Positions 34,146 through 41,665 of a DNA stretch of 42,820 nucleotides are shown here, piece after piece. This DNA comes from Clostridia bacterium (GTDB lineage: Bacteria; Bacillota; Clostridia; Oscillospirales; Acutalibacteraceae). A program made the position numbers and the translations under genes. The stretch lies in NCBI GenBank assembly GCA_017631355.1, contig JAGBTL010000210.1, forward strand, positions 1 to 42,820. The letters are read 5' to 3'. The stretch's first letter is position 1. The number at the start of each line of letters is the position of its first letter. The notes under the pieces are model-generated. The model made no database searches. It saw only the letters and a program-made list of their open reading frames with translations, and was not told where the DNA came from.

Positions 34146-34937
34146 ATGAAAAAGATTGTTTCTATTTGCGCAGTTATTCTTTCTGTTGCGTTGCTCGTTA
34201 CAGCCTTTTCTGCTTGTGGTAAAAAGGGTGAAGGCACAACCGATGCAACAACACAAGCTCCCGTTGCTGACGGCGAATACAGCATTGACATCACTGCAGC
34301 AAACGCAGTTGTTAAAAAGGGCGATGCAGTTTTTCAGGAGCTTTCATATCCCAACGGTATCGGCTATGAGTTTGATTTAGCCTATGCTAAGGAGCATTAT
34401 GAATTTATTGATATGAACTTTGACGGCAATCTTGACCTTTACATTGCGGTAAGCAAGGTTGATAACGTGATAAATTACTATTGTTGGCTTTACAATGCTT
34501 CAGCAAACAAGTTTGACTTCTCGGCTTCTCTTTCAGCACTCAAGAACATTTCTGTTGATTCTTACGAGCAGCTTGTTTTGTCAAAAACATACTATAACGG
34601 TATTGAAAAGGTTTCAACCTATCAGTGGGTTGACGGTGTGCTTCAGCTTAAGGACGTTTACGGTGATGAGGGCGTAACAATTCCTCAGGACGTTGTTCAG
34701 TCATACAATGACAACACAATCGGTGAGGTTTCCAATAGCGAAAAGGCTACAACAACCAAGGCTACAACTCAGTCACAGGCAACGTCTTCAACATCAGCAC
34801 AGGGTTCAAACGGCGGCGCTTCTGAAAATAAGACAACTACCGCTCCCAAAACAACCAAGCCCTTGCTTACAACTACAACACCCGCTAATGGTATTGAGCT
34901 TGTAACAGGTGACCCTGAAGGCGACGAGTGGTATTAA
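34146..34937 (+). CDS. Hypothetical lipoprotein with Ser/Thr-rich C-terminal linker
   Basis: GGAGG (34133-34137) precedes ATG 34146. The signal peptide MKKIVSICAVILSVALLVTAFSACGKK carries a lipobox. The C-terminal region is low-complexity and T/S/A-rich. Confidence 0.7.
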   Translation: MKKIVSICAVILSVALLVTAFSACGKKGEGTTDATTQAPVADGEYSIDITAANAVVKKGDAVFQELSYPNGIGYEFDLAYAKEHYEFIDMNFDGNLDLYIAVSKVDNVINYYCWLYNASANKFDFSASLSALKNISVDSYEQLVLSKTYYNGIEKVSTYQWVDGVLQLKDVYGDEGVTIPQDVVQSYNDNTIGEVSNSEKATTTKATTQSQATSSTSAQGSNGGASENKTTTAPKTTKPLLTTTTPANGIELVTGDPEGDEWY

Positions 34938-34950
34938 TAAGGAGAATATA

Positions 34951-35355
34951 ATGGAAAAAGAAATTTTGAATTCACAGAATGAATTTGCGGAAGCAACCGA
35001 AAACACTCCTGTTGTTGAGAACGAGGCATTCTATGCTGAAGGCGATTCACAGGCAGCAGCCGAGGAAAACAAGCAGACCGATGCGAAATTGTTTGATTTT
35101 AAGTTCTTCCGCAGCTGTTCAGCTTCACTCAAGAAGTTTTCTGTCATAGTTTTCGTAATCAATATCTTCATTTCAGTTGGCATTACAGGTGCGGTAACCG
35201 TGCTCCTTGCAGTCAATCTCGGTGCACAGATGCTTTCATTGCTTGCATTGCCTATTGTTACGTTGTTTATTATTCTCATTATTCTTTCAAGATTTGCTTC
35301 AGCGCTCATTTATGGCTTTGCAGAAATTGTAGAAAAAGCTGAGAAAAACCAATAA
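34951..35355 (+). CDS. Hypothetical membrane protein (acidic N-terminus, two C-terminal TM helices)
   Basis: AAGGAG (34939-34944) precedes ATG 34951. TM segments are VIVFVINIFISVGITGAVTVLLAV and LLALPIVTLFIILIILS. Confidence 0.55.
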   Translation: MEKEILNSQNEFAEATENTPVVENEAFYAEGDSQAAAEENKQTDAKLFDFKFFRSCSASLKKFSVIVFVINIFISVGITGAVTVLLAVNLGAQMLSLLALPIVTLFIILIILSRFASALIYGFAEIVEKAEKNQ

Positions 35356-35370
35356 AATAAAATATTCCTA

Positions 35371-35399
35371 TTGACAAACGCAATTCGTAGGAGTAGTAT
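35371..35399 (+). promoter_or_regulatory. Candidate promoter of the aromatic operon leader
   Basis: TTGACA (35371-35376), a 17-nt spacer, then TAGTAT (35394-35399). It would start transcription ~25 nt upstream of the leader ORF. Confidence 0.5.
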
Positions 35400-35431
35400 A
35401 CTAAGCATAATTTTTCAGAAAGGTGATACAG

Positions 35432-35509
35432 ATGAACAGAAACTTTAGTTATCGATTTTATTACTTTACTAAAACGGATTGTCTGTGTGCCTTTCGCGAG
35501 TGCAAGTAA
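35432..35509 (+). CDS. Candidate Phe/Tyr-rich leader peptide of the aromatic amino-acid operon (25 aa: MNRNFSYRFYYFTKTDCLCAFRECK)
   Basis: My own translation, because the ORF is below the track cutoff. SD AGGTGA is at 35421-35426, ATG at 35432 and TAA at 35507-35509. Six of the eight codons at 35444-35467 are TTT/TAT/TAC. It lies between a predicted promoter and an intrinsic terminator. Confidence 0.55.
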   Translation: MNRNFSYRFYYFTKTDCLCAFRECK

Positions 35510-35533
35510 TTGCACCCGATAGTGTGAATAGTC

Positions 35534-35585
35534 AGTCCGCATTCTGCTATGCTTTTAGTGTATCGGTTTGCGGACTTTTATTTTT
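35534..35585 (+). terminator. Intrinsic terminator within the aromatic-operon leader (attenuator terminator)
   Basis: AGTCCGCA (35534-35541) pairs perfectly with TGCGGACT (35569-35576), followed directly by TTTaTTTTT (35577-35585). The loop is large (27 nt). It ends 20 nt before ATG 35606. Confidence 0.65.
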
Positions 35586-35605
35586 AGTGAACAAGGAGTT
35601 AATTT

Positions 35606-36793
35606 ATGATTTCATCAAAAATGCTTGAATTAGGTAAAAAGAGCTCTGTTATACGTGAGATTTTTGAATATGGTCTTAAGCGTAAAGCAGAAATTGGCGC
35701 AGAAAACGTTTATGATTTTAGTCTTGGCAATCCAAGCGTTCCCGCACCTGCAAAGGTAACCGAGGTTATGAAAAAGCTTATTGACGAAACACCTGCCGAG
35801 GTGCTTCATGGCTATACCTCTGCACCCGGTGACGTTAAGGTACGTACCGCTATTGCTGAGAATATCAAAGCAAAATTCGGCGTTGATGCATCTCTTGCTA
35901 ACATATATATGACCTGTGGTGCAGCGGCATCACTTACAATTACACTCAATGCAATTGTTGAGGAGGGTGATGAGGTTATTGCCTTTGCACCATTCTTCCC
36001 AGAATACAGGGTTTTCGTTGAGCAGGCGGGCGCGAAGCTTGTTGTTGTAAGCAACAAGACTGAGGATTTGCAGCTTGACTTTGATGCTATTGAAAAGGCA
36101 ATCACTCCCAACACCAAGGCAGTTATTATCAATTCTCCCAACAACCCCTCAGGAGTTATTGTTCCCGAGGAGGATATCAAAAAGCTTTGTCAGCTTCTTA
36201 AAAGCAAGCAGAGTGAATATGGTAAGGAGATTTTCCTTATCTCCGACGAGCCTTACAGAGAGCTTGTTTTCACAGGGGAGAAGGTTGCATATATTCCTTG
36301 CTATTACGATAATGCAATTGTTTGCTATTCTTACAGTAAGGCACTTTCGCTTCCCGGTGAGCGCATCGGCTACATTTTCGTTGCTCCCACAGTAAAGGAC
36401 AGCGGTGACGTGTTTGCAGCAATTTGCGGCTCAGGCAGAGCACTTGGCTACGTTTGTGCACCAAGCCTTATGCAGTACACAATTGCGCAGTGCCTTAACG
36501 ATACTGCAGACGTTTCAATTTATGAGAAGAACAGAAACCTTCTCTACGATGCACTTACAGAAATCGGCTATACAGTTATCAAGCCTGACGGTGCATTTTA
36601 TATGTTCGTTAAATCTCTTGAGGAGGATGCAAATGCATTCTACGAGAGAGCAAAAAAGTTTGATTTGCTTATTGTTCCAAGCGACAGCTTCGGTGTACCG
36701 GGCTTTGTAAGAATTTCATATTGTGTGGACACTTCACTTATTGAGCGTTCACTTCCTGCATTCAAATCACTTTACGAGGACTATCAGAAATGA
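35606..36793 (+). CDS. Class I PLP-dependent aminotransferase (aspartate/aromatic aminotransferase)
   Basis: Blocks NPSVPAP, INSPNNPSG and SYSKALSLPGERIGY (PLP-Lys ... R). It is the first gene of the aro/phe operon, which suggests a phenylpyruvate/4-hydroxyphenylpyruvate transaminase role. Confidence 0.85.
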   Translation: MISSKMLELGKKSSVIREIFEYGLKRKAEIGAENVYDFSLGNPSVPAPAKVTEVMKKLIDETPAEVLHGYTSAPGDVKVRTAIAENIKAKFGVDASLANIYMTCGAAASLTITLNAIVEEGDEVIAFAPFFPEYRVFVEQAGAKLVVVSNKTEDLQLDFDAIEKAITPNTKAVIINSPNNPSGVIVPEEDIKKLCQLLKSKQSEYGKEIFLISDEPYRELVFTGEKVAYIPCYYDNAIVCYSYSKALSLPGERIGYIFVAPTVKDSGDVFAAICGSGRALGYVCAPSLMQYTIAQCLNDTADVSIYEKNRNLLYDALTEIGYTVIKPDGAFYMFVKSLEEDANAFYERAKKFDLLIVPSDSFGVPGFVRISYCVDTSLIERSLPAFKSLYEDYQK

Positions 36794-37878
36794 TTGATTA
36801 TACAGAAAAATTTCACGAGGCACGAAAGGCTATCGGTGAAATTGATAAGGAAATAGCGATTCTTTTTGAAAAAAGAATGAAGGCTGTTGAGGACGTTGCC
36901 GCATATAAAAGGGTGAACGGAATTCCTGTTGAGGACCCCGTCCGCGAAGCGCAGCTCATTGAAGAAAGCAGTATGCTTGTTGATAACGATAAAATCCGTT
37001 CATATTACGTGAACTTCCTCAAAACTACAATGAGGCTTTCCAAGGAATATCAGCACAAGCTTATTGATGGTACACGCGCCGCGTTCGCAGGCGTAAAGGG
37101 CGCCTTTGCTGAAAATGCTGTGAAAAAATTCTTTCCTGATTGTGTTCCTGTACCTTGTCAGGATTTTAAGGCTGCTTATAAATCCGTTGAAAACGGTGAG
37201 TGTGAAATAGCTGTTTTACCCATTGAAAACAGCTATGAGGGTGACGTTGCAAGGGTTATGGATTTAACCTACTTCGGCTCACTTTATATAAACGGTGTTT
37301 ATGATATGTCCATTGAACAGCACCTTTTCGGCACACCCGATGCCGACCCCAAATCAATAAAAACGGTTATCAGCCATCCTCAGGCACTCGGTCAATGCGC
37401 CGAGTTTATTGAGGAAAAGGGCTACGAAATAAAGGAAGCAGTCAATACAGCGGTTGCGGCACAGCTTGTCCGTGATAGCGGTGACAGCTCCTTGGGCGTT
37501 ATCTGTTCAATTGAAGCAGGTCACGAATACGGACTTAAGCTCATTGACCGCAAAATAAACAAGGATAGCACAAATATAACTCGTTTTGCAGTGTTTTCAC
37601 GTGTTCCCCGCGATTGCTCGGAAGATCAGAACAACTTTATCATCCTTTTTACCGTTCGCGATGAGGCAGGCTCACTCGGCAAAGCACTTTCTGTTTTCAG
37701 CGAGTACGGCTACAATCTTAAGGCGCTTAAGAGCCGTCCCTCCAAGGATGTTATGTGGAACTATTATTTCTTCCTTGAGGGTGAGGGACACCTTACGCCT
37801 GAGGTTGAGCGTGATATGGAGGAAAAGCTATCAAAGGTTTGTACCAACGTTCGCGTTGTAGGTAAATATGCCGGATAA
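36790..37878 (+). CDS. pheA: Bifunctional chorismate mutase / prephenate dehydratase (P-protein) with ACT domain
   Basis: N-terminal AroQ-class chorismate mutase helix (IDKEIAILFEKRMKAVEDVAAYK), a prephenate dehydratase domain (AFAGVKGAFAE ... NITRFAVF = TRF motif) and an ACT domain (GSLGKALSVFSEYGYNLKALKSRPS). The ATGA overlaps the upstream stop. Confidence 0.9.
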   Translation: MIDYTEKFHEARKAIGEIDKEIAILFEKRMKAVEDVAAYKRVNGIPVEDPVREAQLIEESSMLVDNDKIRSYYVNFLKTTMRLSKEYQHKLIDGTRAAFAGVKGAFAENAVKKFFPDCVPVPCQDFKAAYKSVENGECEIAVLPIENSYEGDVARVMDLTYFGSLYINGVYDMSIEQHLFGTPDADPKSIKTVISHPQALGQCAEFIEEKGYEIKEAVNTAVAAQLVRDSGDSSLGVICSIEAGHEYGLKLIDRKINKDSTNITRFAVFSRVPRDCSEDQNNFIILFTVRDEAGSLGKALSVFSEYGYNLKALKSRPSKDVMWNYYFFLEGEGHLTPEVERDMEEKLSKVCTNVRVVGKYAG

Positions 37879-37895
37879 GGGGACAATGAATTTCT

Positions 37896-38909
37896 ATGGT
37901 TCTGAATGTTAAAACCCAAACAGATAATTACAATATAATTCTTCAGCGTGGCGCAATTAACCGTGTGGCAGAATTTTATGATACAGCTAAAAAAGCGCTT
38001 ATTGTAACTGATAGCGGCGTTCCGTTTGAATATGCCAAGACGGTTTCAGCACAGTTCAGCAACAGTATAATCAAGGTGATTCCTCAGGGCGAAAAAAGCA
38101 AGTGCTTTGACGTTTATAAGGATCTTCTTGAGGCTCTTTGTGAAAACGAGTTTTCACGCTCTGATTGTGTTGTTGCAGTTGGTGGCGGAGTTGTAGGTGA
38201 TTTGTCGGGCTTCTGCGCTTCTACCTATATGAGAGGTATTGATTTTGTGAATATCCCCACAACTGTGCTTTCACAGGTTGATTCCTCAATCGGTGGCAAA
38301 ACAGCTATTGATTTTTCGGGGTATAAAAACATTGTGGGCGCATTTTATCCGCCCAAGGTTGTTATAATTGACTCCGACGTTCTTAAAACTCTGCCCCAAA
38401 GGCACATAAACAACGGCCTTGTTGAAAGCATTAAAATGGCTGCAGCCTGTGACAAGGATTTGTTTGAATTTATGGAAAACAATGACCTTTATGAAAACGT
38501 TGATAAGGTTATTGAGGGCTCTCTAAGAATCAAAAAATATATTGTGGAGGAAGATGAAAAGGAGCAGGGGCTTCGCAAGGTGCTTAATTTCGGTCACACA
38601 GCGGCTCACGCTATTGAAACGGCGACCGGGCTTGGTGATTTGCTTCACGGTGAGTGTGTTGCTATCGGTATGCTTGCTTTTTCATCACCTTCAGTCAGAG
38701 CGCGCTTAACATCACTTCTAAAAAAATACAATCTTCCTACTGAATTTGATTTTGTGGGAGATACCATTCTTGAAGCACTCCGTCACGATAAAAAGAGTGC
38801 AGGCGACGGTGTTAACGTCGTTTATGTAAATGAAATCGGCTCGTTTGAGTTTAAGTTTTTAGATTTTAATCAGCTTGATGATGCAGTAAAGGGGGCGTAC
38901 CTTAAATGA
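37896..38909 (+). CDS. aroB: 3-dehydroquinate synthase
   Basis: GGGVVGDLSGFCASTYMRGIDFVNIPTT, DSSIGGKT, NFGHTAAHAIE and HGECVAIGM. Confidence 0.9.
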   Translation: MVLNVKTQTDNYNIILQRGAINRVAEFYDTAKKALIVTDSGVPFEYAKTVSAQFSNSIIKVIPQGEKSKCFDVYKDLLEALCENEFSRSDCVVAVGGGVVGDLSGFCASTYMRGIDFVNIPTTVLSQVDSSIGGKTAIDFSGYKNIVGAFYPPKVVIIDSDVLKTLPQRHINNGLVESIKMAAACDKDLFEFMENNDLYENVDKVIEGSLRIKKYIVEEDEKEQGLRKVLNFGHTAAHAIETATGLGDLLHGECVAIGMLAFSSPSVRARLTSLLKKYNLPTEFDFVGDTILEALRHDKKSAGDGVNVVYVNEIGSFEFKFLDFNQLDDAVKGAYLK

Positions 38910-40000
38910 AAAACACCTTTGGTAATAACGTGAGCATTACACTTTTCGGTGAAAGCCACGGAGAAGCAATCGGTGCAGTTGTTGACGGCCTTCCTGCAGG
39001 CATTGCTGTTGATGAGGGCTTCATTGCTTCACAGCTTACGCTCCGTCGTCCTGTGGGTGCAATTTCCACACCTCGTGCAGAAAAGGATGCCTTTACCATC
39101 GTCAGCGGATGCTTTAACGGCAAAACAACAGGCACACCTCTCTGTATTATCATTCCCAATGAAAATACACAGTCAAAGGACTATTCTGCAACCTACGGCA
39201 AGGCAAGACCGGGTCACGCGGATTTCACCGCCTTTTCCAAATATAACGGCTGCGAGGACTATCGCGGCGGCGGTCATTTCAGCGGCAGGGTTACTGCAGG
39301 TCTTGTTGCAGCAGGCGCAGTTGCTATTGACTTGCTGAAAAAGAAAAATATATTCATCGGCACTCATATTCTTAATTGCGGCGGAGTAAATGACGTTGAA
39401 TTCAAGGATTACGAAAACGAAATAAAAGCAATTTCAACAAAGGCTTTTTCTGTTATTGATGATTCTGCAGGGGAGCAGATGATTAAAAAAATCAAGGCGG
39501 CTGCCACAGAGGGCGACAGCGTTGGCGGCGTTCTTCAGACTGCAGTTGTGGGCTTGCCTGTTGGTGTTGGTGAGCCTTGGTTTGATTCGCTTGAAGGTGT
39601 GATTTCTCACGGACTTTTCTCAATTCCCGGTATCAAGGGTGTTGAGTTTGGCATCGGCTTCGGTTGTGCTCAGCTTTTGGGCAGCGAAATGAACGATGAG
39701 TATTATTACGATAATGGCACAGTTAAAACCGCCACAAATAACAATGGCGGCATAAACGGCGGTATATCAAACGGTATGCCTGTTTTGTTCAATTGTGCAG
39801 TAAAGCCTACGCCCTCAATTGCAAAAGAACAAAATACTATTGATTTCGTGAATGACGAAAATACAACACTTGCCACAAGGGGCAGACACGACCCTTGTAT
39901 TGTACATAGGGCAAGGGTTGTTGTGGACAGCATAACCGCACTTGCTGTTTGTGATATGCTTTCACAGAAATTCGGTACAGATTGGCTTGGTGAAGGCTGA
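38906..40000 (+). CDS. aroC: Chorismate synthase
   Basis: FGESHGEAIGAVVDGLPAG, RPGHADF, GGGHFSGR and the GRHDPC motif. Confidence 0.95.
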   Translation: MKNTFGNNVSITLFGESHGEAIGAVVDGLPAGIAVDEGFIASQLTLRRPVGAISTPRAEKDAFTIVSGCFNGKTTGTPLCIIIPNENTQSKDYSATYGKARPGHADFTAFSKYNGCEDYRGGGHFSGRVTAGLVAAGAVAIDLLKKKNIFIGTHILNCGGVNDVEFKDYENEIKAISTKAFSVIDDSAGEQMIKKIKAAATEGDSVGGVLQTAVVGLPVGVGEPWFDSLEGVISHGLFSIPGIKGVEFGIGFGCAQLLGSEMNDEYYYDNGTVKTATNNNGGINGGISNGMPVLFNCAVKPTPSIAKEQNTIDFVNDENTTLATRGRHDPCIVHRARVVVDSITALAVCDMLSQKFGTDWLGEG

Positions 40001-41250
40001 TGGAATACGGTTGTATAGGTGAGCACCTTACTCATAGCTTTTCAAAAGAGATACATAATGCGCTTACTGGTTATGACTATTGCATTCAGGAGTTAACACC
40101 CGAGGAATTGCCACAGTTTATGACAGAGCGCAATTTTAAGGCGATAAACGTTACCATACCATATAAGAAGGATGTTATACCTTATCTGGAGTGGATTTCA
40201 CCTGAGGCAAAGACAATAAATGCAGTCAATACAATCGTAAATATTGATGGCAAATTATATGGTTATAATACAGATTTTTACGGCTTGAAATCTCTCGTTG
40301 AGCGTCAGGGAGTAAGTCTTTCGGGTAAATGTGTTGCCATTCTTGGCAGCGGTGGTACGTCTAACACCGCGTTTGCCGTTTCTAATGCTATGGGGGCGGA
40401 AAAGGTGCTTAAGGTGTCACGTAAAGCAAGTGACGGTTATATTACCTACGATGAGCTTTATAGCGTGGCAGATGAGGTTGAAGTAATCATCAACACAACA
40501 CCCTGCGGTATGTACCCCCACATCGGCACCTCTGCCGTTGACGTTACACGTTTTACAAAGCTTACTGCGGTTTTTGATGCAGTTTACAATCCGCTTGCTT
40601 CAAAGCTTGTTTGCGATGCAAGGCAGATGGGGGTTATTGCAACAGGCGGACTTTATATGCTTGTTTCACAGGCAGCCTATGCAGTTGAAAAATTCATTGA
40701 TGCCCCTGTTGATAGTCAGGCAGTTGAAAGGATTTATAGCGATTTATATAAATCCAAAATGAATATAGTTCTTGTGGGAATGCCATCCTGTGGCAAAACT
40801 ACCATAGGCAAAGCCCTTGCAGAAAAACTCGGCAAAGCCTTTACGGATACAGATGAGCGCATTGCTCAGCTTGACGGACGCAATATTCCAACTATTTTTG
40901 CCGAGGATGGAGAAGCAGCCTTCCGCAAGAAGGAGTGCGAAGCCGTTTTTGACGTCGCAAAAGCCACGGCAACAGTTGTTGCAACAGGCGGAGGAGCCGT
41001 GCTGAACAAAGCAAACGTGGATATACTCAAGGAAAACGGCAGAATTTATTTTATAGACAGACCCTTAGAGCAGCTTGTCACAACAGGGGACAGACCCTTG
41101 TCAAGCAACAGAGCTGACCTTGAAAAAAGGTATAATGAACGCTATCCCATTTACACCGCCTGTGCAGACGTTATTATTGACGGCTCGGGCACGGTCAGTG
41201 AGGTAGTAAAAAGAATCGAGGCGGATTATTACGGATATACTTGTAATTAA
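40000..41250 (+). CDS. aroE/aroK: Fused shikimate dehydrogenase (N-terminal ~250 aa) / shikimate kinase (C-terminal ~165 aa)
   Basis: AroE blocks are GCIGEHLTHSFSKEIHN, NVTIPYK, YNTDFYG and GSGGTSNTA. AroK blocks are the P-loop VGMPSCGKTTIGKALA, DTDERI, GEAAFRKKE and ATGGGAV. It is a single uninterrupted 416-codon frame. Confidence 0.9.
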   Translation: MEYGCIGEHLTHSFSKEIHNALTGYDYCIQELTPEELPQFMTERNFKAINVTIPYKKDVIPYLEWISPEAKTINAVNTIVNIDGKLYGYNTDFYGLKSLVERQGVSLSGKCVAILGSGGTSNTAFAVSNAMGAEKVLKVSRKASDGYITYDELYSVADEVEVIINTTPCGMYPHIGTSAVDVTRFTKLTAVFDAVYNPLASKLVCDARQMGVIATGGLYMLVSQAAYAVEKFIDAPVDSQAVERIYSDLYKSKMNIVLVGMPSCGKTTIGKALAEKLGKAFTDTDERIAQLDGRNIPTIFAEDGEAAFRKKECEAVFDVAKATATVVATGGGAVLNKANVDILKENGRIYFIDRPLEQLVTTGDRPLSSNRADLEKRYNERYPIYTACADVIIDGSGTVSEVVKRIEADYYGYTCN

Positions 41251-41266
41251 CGGACCAAACCTTAAT

Positions 41267-41665
41267 ATGCTGGGCATTCGTGAGCCCGACATATACGGCA
41301 AGGAAACCTATAATTCACTTGTTGAAAAAATTGAAAGCTACGCCCACGAAAAGGGTGTGTATGTGAATTGCTATCAGTCAAATCACGAGGGTGACCTTGT
41401 AGATGCCATTCAGTTTGCTTACGGCAGATTTCAGGGCATTGTCATTAACCCCGGTGCATATACTCACACAAGCATTGCAATTCTTGATGCAGTTAAGGCG
41501 GTAGGTATTCCCACAGTTGAGGTGCATATTTCTGATGTTGATTCACGTGAGGATTTCAGAAGAGTAAGCTATATCAGACAGGCTTGCTTTAAAACAATCA
41601 GCGGCGAGGGTACCGATGGTTATCTTCACGCTATTGATTGCATAATTGAGAAGGTGGCAGAATGA
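41267..41665 (+). CDS. aroQ: Type II 3-dehydroquinate dehydratase (minimal ORF from the first ATG; the true start is probably upstream at ~41225-41237, see findings)
   Basis: LGIREPDIYG, QSNHEGDLVD, INPGAYTHTSIA and EVHISD blocks. The conserved N-terminal ILVINGPNLN is encoded in the same frame immediately upstream (41237-41266) but without an ATG/GTG/TTG. Confidence 0.85.
   Translation: MLGIREPDIYGKETYNSLVEKIESYAHEKGVYVNCYQSNHEGDLVDAIQFAYGRFQGIVINPGAYTHTSIAILDAVKAVGIPTVEVHISDVDSREDFRRVSYIRQACFKTISGEGTDGYLHAIDCIIEKVAE

Noticed and set aside
35400-35600. T-box riboswitch, the expected regulator of a Firmicute aromatic amino-acid operon.
   Set aside because: I could not find the conserved T-box sequence (AAnnnGGGTGGTACCGCG-like), an AGAGA/GNRA stem I platform or a specifier-loop layout. 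The leader is better explained by the F/Y-rich mini-ORF. Formal exclusion still needs a covariance-model scan.
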